A stretch of 64,000 nt of DNA, taken from contig SHYK01000006.1 of assembly GCA_009692845.1 (NCBI GenBank), positions 16,534 to 80,533 on the forward strand. The letters are read 5' to 3'. This stretch comes from Chloroflexota bacterium (GTDB lineage: Bacteria > Chloroflexota > UBA6077 > SHYK01). The notes beneath the pieces were generated by a model, which searched no databases, was not told the origin of the DNA, and worked only from the letters and a program-made list of their open reading frames with translations. Of this stretch, positions 29,263 to 36,181 are shown one piece after another; position 1 is the first letter of the stretch, and each line of letters opens with the position of its first letter. The position numbers were made by a program, and so were the translations under genes.

Positions 29263-30219
29263 ATGAGGACAATGGCAGCCGATACGCTGCTTTCTACCCA
29301 GCAGGTTGCGGAGCAGCTGGGCGTCGAAAAGAAGACCGTGCTCCGCTATCTCCATTCAGGAAAGCTCAAGGGTACTCGGATCGGGCGAGACTATCGCATC
29401 GCGGCGGGTGCCGTGTCAGCGCTGCTGGATCCTCCCCGGCAGGTGCCGGTGGCCGAGCGGACCGCAATCGTGACCGCAGTCGTCAACCAAAAAGGCGGCG
29501 TCGGGAAAACGACCACCGTCTTCAACCTCGGCGTGGCTCTGCACCTCCTGGGGCGCCGCGTCCTGCTGGTCGATCTCGATCCCCAGGCTGCACTGTCCGC
29601 CAGTGCCGGTATTCCCGTCGCCCACCTCACGATCAGCATCTATCAGGCATTGTTGGACGACACCCTCGATCCGATCCCGATCATTCGGCAAACCCCGTCG
29701 GGGGTGGACGTCCTGCCGGCCACCCTCGATCTGGCCGCCGCGGAAGTTGAGCTGGTCAACGTCACCCTGCGCGAGCTGGTCCTGAAGGATCTGCTGGCCA
29801 AGCTGCTACCCCGCTACGACCACATTCTGATCGACTGTCCGCCCAGCCTCGGCCTACTTACCATCAATGCATTGGCGGCCGCGGATCGGGTCATCATCCC
29901 GCTTCCCTGTGAGTTCCTGGCGACCCGAGGACTGAACTTGTTACTGCGCACCCTGGAAAAAGTTCAGGCCCGCCTGAATCGAGATCTCAAGATGGCCGGC
30001 ATCCTGCCTACGATGTTCGACGGCCGGACCACCAACGCCAATGAAATCCTCCAAGAGCTGCGCGCCTCTTTCCCGGGCCAGGTCTTCGACGTGATCATCA
30101 AACAGACCGTGCGGTTAAAGGAGTCGCCCGCCGCCGGCCTCTCGATCCTCGAGTACGACCGCGGGCACGACGTGTCCCGTTCCTACCTGCAGCTGGCCCA
30201 GGAGGTGGACCATGCCTAA
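29263..30219 (+). CDS. ParA/Soj-family ATPase with an N-terminal excisionase/MerR-type HTH
   Basis: 318 aa. The HTH (LSTQQVAEQLGVEKKTVLRYLHSGKLKGTRIGRDYRI) is followed by a deviant Walker A (VNQKGGVGKTTT), then LVDLDPQ and IDCPPSLG. Confidence 0.85.
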   Translation: MRTMAADTLLSTQQVAEQLGVEKKTVLRYLHSGKLKGTRIGRDYRIAAGAVSALLDPPRQVPVAERTAIVTAVVNQKGGVGKTTTVFNLGVALHLLGRRVLLVDLDPQAALSASAGIPVAHLTISIYQALLDDTLDPIPIIRQTPSGVDVLPATLDLAAAEVELVNVTLRELVLKDLLAKLLPRYDHILIDCPPSLGLLTINALAAADRVIIPLPCEFLATRGLNLLLRTLEKVQARLNRDLKMAGILPTMFDGRTTNANEILQELRASFPGQVFDVIIKQTVRLKESPAAGLSILEYDRGHDVSRSYLQLAQEVDHA

Positions 30220-30616
30220 GCGGATATCCCTCCAAGGTAAAGGCGTCGACCTCTTCTTCCCCTCCGCGGCGGAGGATCCAGCCCGGGCGAGGTCTGAATC
30301 CTCCGGCCCCGCTGATGCGGCGCCCCAGCACGCTCCGTCGGCGACCCGCTCGATCATGCACGCACGCACGCACCCAACCAGCGCGGATGATCTACTCCGC
30401 GCCCTGAGTGCCAAGCAGCGCCTGGCGTCTTCGACCTTCCGCTTTCAGCCCGACGAGCTGGAGCGCCTGGATGTGATCGTGGACGAGCTGAGCCACGCGC
30501 ATCCAAGGCGGATCAGCAAAAACGATCTCGTGCGCTTGGGGCTGCTCTGGCTCCTCGCCGACTACGAGGCCGATCCCGATCAGAGCCTGGTGGGCCGGCT
30601 GCTTACCCGCTTCTGA
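30212..30616 (+). CDS. small partner protein; putative ribbon-helix-helix centromere-binding protein
   Basis: The start overlaps the parA-like stop by 8 nt. It has a disordered N-terminus. The C-terminus STFRFQPDELERLDVIVDEL...ISKNDLVRLGLLWLLADYE fits a strand-helix-helix pattern. The fold assignment is inference. Confidence 0.55.
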   Translation: MPKRISLQGKGVDLFFPSAAEDPARARSESSGPADAAPQHAPSATRSIMHARTHPTSADDLLRALSAKQRLASSTFRFQPDELERLDVIVDELSHAHPRRISKNDLVRLGLLWLLADYEADPDQSLVGRLLTRF

Positions 30617-30639
30617 TCGCTCGAGAGCGTTTATCGAGG

Positions 30640-30983
30640 CGGGTAAGCCGATGCTGCGCCGAGCCATACCGGCGATGGTGCGGGCCCCAACGAAGCCGGC
30701 CCAGACCAGGTCCGCGAGCTGATCGGCCACCCGGATGGCCCCCTCAACGGCCGAAGGCCAGGCGAGGAACCAAAGAGTGGAGGGGATACTTCCTGTGGTG
30801 AGGTCGCGGGTCGCATAAGCCGAGCGCCGACCTCCGCCTCCACCCGGTCCGCGGCCACCGCCACGGGGCTGTCGGGGCCGCGCACCCGACCCACGCCGGG
30901 GCGTTGCCGTTGGCGGGGAGTGCCCCGTTCGTGCTGTCGGACGCAACCGGAAAAGGGGTCGCGGCTCCGTCAATTCGACTCAA
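30640..30983 (-). pseudogene. 5' remnant of a second MATE efflux gene (paralogue of 31220..32752), frameshifted and truncated
   Basis: MSRIDGAATPFPVASDSTNGALPANGNAP, then a frame change near 30895, then ...RGGGRGPGGGGGRRSAYATRDLTTGSIPSTLWFLAWPSAVEGAIRVADQLADLVWAGFVGARTIAGM. This aligns residue for residue with the N-terminus of the intact MATE at about 60% identity. Similarity ends around 30640, next to the stop of the preceding + strand gene. Confidence 0.65.
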
Positions 30984-31000
30984 ACGTTCATTTCATACAC
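30980..31000 (-). promoter_or_regulatory. 6-codon upstream ORF (GTG TAT GAA ATG AAC GTT TGA, MYEMNV) overlapping the TTG start of the MATE remnant
   Basis: Same peptide as the uORF at 32749..32769. The only differences are synonymous (GAA/GAG, AAC/AAT). Confidence 0.35.
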
Positions 31001-31088
31001 TGATTCGTGGCAGGCGAGCTCGGCTTGGGAGAAGTGGCCGAAATCGAAAATGCCTTACTAAATCCTAATGGAACCATAAGCAGACCGC

Positions 31089-31117
31089 ATAGTAGTTCCT
31101 TTTTGGGGGCCGCTCAA
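31089..31117 (-). promoter_or_regulatory. sigma70-type promoter of the MATE remnant (-35 TTGAGC, 17-nt spacer, -10 TACTAT)
   Basis: The minus strand reads cTTGAGCggcccccaaaaaggaacTACTATgcggtctgcttatgg. The architecture is identical to 32842..32870. Confidence 0.45.
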
Positions 31118-31219
31118 GGCAGGCTGGTCGGCTCCCGAAGCGCCAGTGCCCGACGGCTGGAGAGACTCCGCCTCGTGGTGTGGCAGACGAAGTAGATCTG
31201 CGGCTACCGACCCGCTGAT

Positions 31220-32752
31220 CTAGGCGAAGATTTTTACCGTGCTCCAGCGGCCCCAGAAAATGTAGGGCACCAGGATGAGTGGTCGGACGAGCATTGGCGC
31301 ACACATAGCCCAGGCGATTCCCAGTACTCCCAGGTCCGTCGCTTGGGAGAGGAACAGAGCAAGCGGAAGACTGCCCCACATCGTGACCAGCGTCACGATC
31401 ATCACGATGAGCGTGTCACCTGCGCCCTGGAAGGATTGGGAGGCCACCTGGGTGAGTCCAGTAAACGCATAGCCGACCGCTTGGATGAGTAGCCAGGTGC
31501 GCGCTTGCTCGAGGAACTCGGGATCGCGGGCAAACAGGGACATGAAAAGGTCCGGGAAGAGCACGATGAGGACCGTAAGGATGCCGTTGAATATTAGCCC
31601 GAAACCGCAGGCCCACAAGATCGTATTCCTGGCGCGCAAGGGTTTGCCCGCTCCCAGGCTCTGGCCGACGATGATTCCGGCCGCCTGTCCGAGGCCCTGG
31701 CTTCCCAGCTGCGAAAACATCTCGGTCCGTCGCGTGATAGTGTACGCCGCGGTTGCGATATCGCCGAAAGGGGTGACCAGGCGAAGGAACAGCAGCTGGG
31801 CGAGGGATCGCTCCATCCCGTTGACGACGGCCGGCAGCCCAATCTTGATGAGCTGCTTGATTATTGCGGGGTCGAATCGGAAGCCCCGGAAAGTGAGGTG
31901 TAGCCGGGAGCGCCCGGTAAACAGAACCCAGGACAGGTACGTCAGGGCGACCACGTGGGCGATGACGTTGGCAAGAGCAGCGCCGGCGATGCCGATCGCC
32001 GGGAGGCCGACCAGCCCAAAGACAAGCGCGGGGCTCAAGAAAACGTGGATGAAACGGGAGATCACGGCCGACTTCATCGGGGTCACCGTATCGCCGGCGG
32101 CGGCGAGGGAATGCGCTGCGAGGTTCTGCATCCCAATCGCCAACTGTCCCACGAACTGCACCCGCATGTACGTTGCTCCTTGCTCCACGACCGCCTCGGA
32201 TACCCCGATCAGGCGAAGCAAGTGGTCGGTGAGATAGATGCCTATGAAGGCCAGGACGAGGCAATAGACGAAGCTGATCGTGACCGCGTGCACGACGACC
32301 TGATTGGCAAGGGCGGGGTTGCCCATCCCTATGGCCCTAGAGACCATGGCCCGCATGGCCCAGTCCATGCCCATCCGGGCAGTGAAGGTCAATTGGGCGA
32401 ACTGCTGCGCGGCACCGATGCCTGCGATAGCGACGTGGCCGAAGAACCCGGCCCAAATGAGGTCAGCCACCTGATCGACGACGCGCAGGATGCTCTCAAT
32501 GAACTGTGGCCAGGCGAGGTGGAACAGGTTGCGGGGGATGCTGCCCGAGGTTAGATCCCGGTCGGCGTAAGGCGAGCGGCGACCGCCGCCCGGCCCGCGA
32601 CCTCCGCCCCCACCGGGCCCGCGCACGCCGCGGCCAGGATTCTGGGGGCCCACACTCGAGCCAGCCAATACCGGGGCAGTGTCGTTGGCTGGGAGCGCGG
32701 CGCCGTTGGCGTCAACTTTGGTGGGTGTAGCGGCTCCCTCAATTCGACTCAA
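31220..32752 (-). CDS. MATE-family efflux transporter with a roughly 65-aa Gly/Arg-rich N-terminal extension
   Basis: 510 aa with 12 TM segments. DLTSGSIPRNLFHLAWPQFIESILRVVDQVADLIWAGFFG is a typical MATE N-terminus. TTG is the only start available in this frame. Confidence 0.85.
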   Translation of the reverse strand: MSRIEGAATPTKVDANGAALPANDTAPVLAGSSVGPQNPGRGVRGPGGGGGRGPGGGRRSPYADRDLTSGSIPRNLFHLAWPQFIESILRVVDQVADLIWAGFFGHVAIAGIGAAQQFAQLTFTARMGMDWAMRAMVSRAIGMGNPALANQVVVHAVTISFVYCLVLAFIGIYLTDHLLRLIGVSEAVVEQGATYMRVQFVGQLAIGMQNLAAHSLAAAGDTVTPMKSAVISRFIHVFLSPALVFGLVGLPAIGIAGAALANVIAHVVALTYLSWVLFTGRSRLHLTFRGFRFDPAIIKQLIKIGLPAVVNGMERSLAQLLFLRLVTPFGDIATAAYTITRRTEMFSQLGSQGLGQAAGIIVGQSLGAGKPLRARNTILWACGFGLIFNGILTVLIVLFPDLFMSLFARDPEFLEQARTWLLIQAVGYAFTGLTQVASQSFQGAGDTLIVMIVTLVTMWGSLPLALFLSQATDLGVLGIAWAMCAPMLVRPLILVPYIFWGRWSTVKIFA

Positions 32753-32769
32753 ACATTCATCTCATACAC
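32749..32769 (-). promoter_or_regulatory. 6-codon upstream ORF (GTG TAT GAG ATG AAT GTT TGA, MYEMNV) whose stop overlaps the MATE TTG start
   Basis: The uORF TGA (32751-32749) overlaps the main-ORF TTG (32752-32750). It is conserved in the paralogous leader with only synonymous changes. Confidence 0.4.
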
Positions 32770-32841
32770 CGAATCGTAGCCCCGGATCGGCCTCGCGAGG
32801 GGAAATGTCCTCTTAAAACTATCAATCCATAAGCAGACTGC

Positions 32842-32870
32842 ATGGTAAATCCTTTAGGGGGGCTGCTCAA
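32842..32870 (-). promoter_or_regulatory. sigma70-type promoter of the MATE gene (-35 TTGAGC, 17-nt spacer, -10 TACCAT)
   Basis: The minus strand reads cTTGAGCagcccccctaaaggattTACCATgcagtctgcttatgg. This block is conserved in the paralogous leader while the flanking leader sequence is not alignable. Confidence 0.5.
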
Positions 32871-33002
32871 GGCGGATCGCAACGTAGGCCTTGCCATCGC
32901 CGCTGGCGTACTAACTACGGTGCCAAATGGCACGTGAGTCACCCAAGACCTGATCCACGGATTCGCGACTCACTGCTCGCATCAACCTGATTCGGAGGAG
33001 CC

Positions 33003-33809
33003 TTGGCTCAGACTTCGCCTGCGTACCTTCCCTCAGACGAGGCCCGTAGCCCGTCCCGTGACTGGCTAACGCCGCTCCTCGCGCTGGTGTTCGTGCTTTC
33101 AGGAATCAGCGGCCTCATCTACCAGATAACCTGGGTGAAGCTCCTCGCGCTGACCTTCGGAGTCACGGTCTTCGCCGTGAGCACGGTCGTGGCCGCCTTC
33201 ATGGGTGGCCTAGCCACTGGCTCCCTCCTGGGGGGCAGGCTCGCCGACCGGGTGCGCCGACCGGTGATCTGGTACGCGGCCGCGGAGATTCTGGTCGCTC
33301 TGCTTGCGCTCCGATCCGTGGACGCCCTCAAAACCGTTCAGGCGATCTACGTAGCCCTGGTTCCGAAGGACGTAGAGGTCGCCTCTCTGGGGGTGACTGC
33401 ACTTCGTTTCGGCCTGTCCGCTGCCGTCCTGGCCATCCCCGCGACGCTCATGGGAGCCACGCTTCCGCTGATGATCCGCGGGTTCACCGCCGCCTTCCCC
33501 TACGTGACGATGTGGCAGGACGCATCAATCCTGATAGGCTCCAATCAGCCCATCGATCCCCTGGATCCGGCGCTCGACACACGCTGGCAGCAGCGAAATC
33601 TCGGGGCCCTCTTAGCCGAGACGGGCGTTACGAGCCTCGCCGACTTGCAGAGTCGCTTCGTGCTGAACGATAGGGAAGTCCGGGCCTGGGCCGGGACCGG
33701 GACCGGGACCGGGACCGGGACCGGGACCGGGACCGGGACCGGGCAGATCATGACCGACGACCATCCTTATGCGGAGTACTTCCTCACGATGACGGGGCCG
33801 GAGAGCTGA
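33003..33809 (+). pseudogene. fused-MFS/spermidine-synthase-like gene with a large in-frame internal deletion (remnant)
   Basis: N-terminal TM region LSGISGLIYQITWVKLLALTFGVTVFAVSTVVAAFMGGLATGS. At about 33485 it jumps to the family's C-terminal end (FPYVTMWQDASILIGSNQPI...IMTDDHPYAEYF). The whole methyltransferase-fold core is missing. The family pattern is from memory. Confidence 0.5.
33691..33743 (+). repeat. perfect hexanucleotide microsatellite (CCGGGA) x8.8, in frame, encoding (Gly-Thr)8
   Basis: ccggga is repeated 8 times at 33691-33738, plus a partial ccggg. The ORF translation is AWAGTGTGTGTGTGTGTGTGQ. Confidence 0.95.
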
Positions 33810-33983
33810 GAGGAATCCGCGATAAGACGGCTCGAACACTCGCCACTGCGCAGATTGTGACGTTGGCCGAAGTATTGAGCACGCACGCATGCACCCGATT
33901 CGGCGAGATGCCCTCTCTGCGCCTGGGCTGCTCCGTCCTCACGGCCTCTTAAGGCGAATCCCGACGAAAGCCGGCTCGGACGG

Positions 33984-34610
33984 CTATTCGCTCGCATTTG
34001 AGCCCGAGCCATAGAGGCCCTGCTCGGCGATAAAGTCCGCCACTGGTCCGGGGACGAAATAGCGAATCGAGCGGCCGGTCGCGACCCGGTGACGGATGTC
34101 GGATGCCGAAATCTCCAGGCCGGGCGCGTCGAGGATTGTCACCCTGCCTCTCGCCTCAGGCAAGTGGGCTTCGAGCGCAGCGAAGTCTCCCGCTCCAACG
34201 CCTCCCCGGGCTACCGCGACAATATGCGCCAGGTGCAGGATTTCGGCAGGATCGCGCCAGTGCACCAGCTCCGGAAGCGAATCCATCCCAATGAGGAAAA
34301 AGAGCCCCGCATCCGGGAAATCGGCTTTGAGCAACTTCAACGTGTCGACCGTGTAGGACGGCCCCGGGCGGTCTAACTCGACCACTGAGACCGCAAAACG
34401 CGCGTTGTCAGCGATTGCTAGCTGCACCATCGTGTAACGCTGCTGCGGGGTCGCTAGGGGGCTCGTGCTTCGGTGTGGCGGCACACTGGCCGGCACGAAG
34501 ATCACCTTCGCCAGATTCAGGACGCTCGCCGCTTCTTCGGCGATGAACAGATGGCCGATATGGATCGGATCGAAGGTGCCGCCAAAAATCCCGATCCGGG
34601 CTAGATCCAT
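33984..34610 (-). CDS. nadD: nicotinate-nucleotide adenylyltransferase
   Basis: 208 aa with GIFGGTFDPIHIGHL and SASDIRHRV motifs. Overlaps the obg 3' end by 10 nt. Confidence 0.9.
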   Translation of the reverse strand: MDLARIGIFGGTFDPIHIGHLFIAEEAASVLNLAKVIFVPASVPPHRSTSPLATPQQRYTMVQLAIADNARFAVSVVELDRPGPSYTVDTLKLLKADFPDAGLFFLIGMDSLPELVHWRDPAEILHLAHIVAVARGGVGAGDFAALEAHLPEARGRVTILDAPGLEISASDIRHRVATGRSIRYFVPGPVADFIAEQGLYGSGSNASE

Positions 34611-35851
34611 TCGAGCTCGAAGTCGCCGACTCGCACCGTAGATCCCTCTTCAACTCCGGCTTCGCGGAGCGCTTTATAAACGCCCAAGCGCTCCAGCAGC
34701 CGCTGAAGCTCACCCAAGCCCCCATCGGTGTCCATATCCGCCATGGCGACGATCCGCTCCACGCGCGAACCATAGACCCGAAAGCCATCCGCTTCCCGGC
34801 TCAAGGTGAAGTCTGGCTCCTCCGCCTCCAGGCGGTAGACCTTCACCGGCGGTGGAGGTTCCTCCTCCAAAGCCCGGTCCACCGCCTTCTGGATGGCCTT
34901 GAGCAAGACGTCGATGCCTTCTCCGGTGAGCGCCGAAACCGGCTGAGACTCGACCTTTTCAGTCCGCAGGCGGCGCTGGAGAGACTGAGCCCGGTCCCGA
35001 GCGCCCTCTAGATCAATCTTGTTGAGGGCCACTAGCCGCGGTCGATCGAGCAGCGTCTCATCGAAGAGCCGAAGCTCCGACACGACCGCCTGATATCCCG
35101 CCCAGGGGTCTTCCTCGGAGACATCCACGACCTGGATGAGCACCCCCGCCCGCTGGACGTGCCGCAGAAACCGGTGCCCGAGCCCAAGGCCGGTGTGGGC
35201 GCCTTCGATGAGCCCGGGGACGTCGACCAGCACGAAGTTCACGTTTCCCACCGTCGCCACGCCGAGGTTTGGAGTCAGCGTGGTGAATGGATAGGCGGCG
35301 ATTTCGGGGTGAGCCGCCGTGGTGGCGGCGAGCAGGCTGGATTTCCCGGCGTTAGGCAGCCCCACGAAGCCGACCTGGCCGAGCGTGCGAAGATCCAGAT
35401 CCAACATTTTGTCTTCGCCGGGCTCGCCCCGCTGAGCAAAATGCGGAGCCCGACGGGTGGGCGTCGTGAAATGGACGTTCCCCAGGCCGCCCCGTCCGCC
35501 CCGGGCGACGACCACCTCTTGGCCCGGGCGGATGATGTCTCCGATGACCTGCCCTTCGCATGAGATCTCGGTCCCCAACGGCACCGCCACGACCTGATCC
35601 TCGCCGCGCTTTCCGTGCTTGCGTGCCCCCTGCCCATCGCCACCTCTTTCCGCGGCGACCCGCTGGCGCCGCGCGATCGATGAGAGCTCCCAGAGATCGT
35701 GGCTGCCTCGGAAAATGACGTCTCCGCCCCGGCCTCCGTCACCGCCGTCCGGCCCGCCTAGCGGGACAAATTTCTCCCGGCGAAAGCTCTTGGCGCCATT
35801 CCCGCCGCCGCCTGCTTTCACCTGGACCTGGGCTTCATCCGCAAATGGCAT
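34601..35851 (-). CDS. obg: GTPase Obg/CgtA
   Basis: Start at ATG 35851 (MPFADEAQVQVKAGGGGNG...). It has a Gly-rich Obg fold, G1 GLPNAGKSSLL, DVPGLIEGA and NKID motifs, and a C-terminal OCT-like domain. Confidence 0.9.
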   Translation of the reverse strand: MPFADEAQVQVKAGGGGNGAKSFRREKFVPLGGPDGGDGGRGGDVIFRGSHDLWELSSIARRQRVAAERGGDGQGARKHGKRGEDQVVAVPLGTEISCEGQVIGDIIRPGQEVVVARGGRGGLGNVHFTTPTRRAPHFAQRGEPGEDKMLDLDLRTLGQVGFVGLPNAGKSSLLAATTAAHPEIAAYPFTTLTPNLGVATVGNVNFVLVDVPGLIEGAHTGLGLGHRFLRHVQRAGVLIQVVDVSEEDPWAGYQAVVSELRLFDETLLDRPRLVALNKIDLEGARDRAQSLQRRLRTEKVESQPVSALTGEGIDVLLKAIQKAVDRALEEEPPPPVKVYRLEAEEPDFTLSREADGFRVYGSRVERIVAMADMDTDGGLGELQRLLERLGVYKALREAGVEEGSTVRVGDFELEWI

Positions 35852-35892
35852 GCATTCTGTCCTTTGGGGCGCGACCATTGTTCACCGAAGAG

Positions 35893-35960
35893 CTACGTAT
35901 ATAGTAGAAAGTTATCTTTACAGATATATTTTTAGAAAAAGAGACGTAGGTATTAGCGCG
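35893..35960. promoter_or_regulatory. AT-rich island in the divergent obg / sigma-fusion intergenic region
   Basis: ctacgtatatagtagaaagttatctttacagatatatttttagaaaaagagacgtaggtattag is roughly 25-30% GC in a genome above 60% GC. It contains several TATA-type hexamers on both strands. Confidence 0.4.
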
Positions 35961-36181
35961 GTGGAAATGTGGAAAACAGGCACAGCGGGTGGCCAACAAT
36001 GTGTCAATAACTCGGTGAATACGGCTGGCTTCAGGACCGCGCCCAGGCAACATCCTACGGCATCACGAGTATCCGGCTTTCCCCAGTACCCACCCGAGCA
36101 ACAGTTACCACCATTTGAGAGGCCACTTTCCCCAGTCGGTCCCCAGCACTTTCCCCCGACCTGTCGGGGAGGACCTAGCCG

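Noticed and set aside
32753-32841. Guanidine-IV (mepA-motif) or another riboswitch in the MATE leader.
   Set aside because: The central part of the leader is not conserved between the two paralogous leaders. The conserved blocks are better explained as a promoter and a uORF. I cannot match the mepA consensus from memory, so a covariance-model scan would settle it.
33691-33743. CRISPR array or other spacer-containing repeat.
   Set aside because: This is a pure 6-nt tandem repeat with no spacers, lying in frame inside an ORF.
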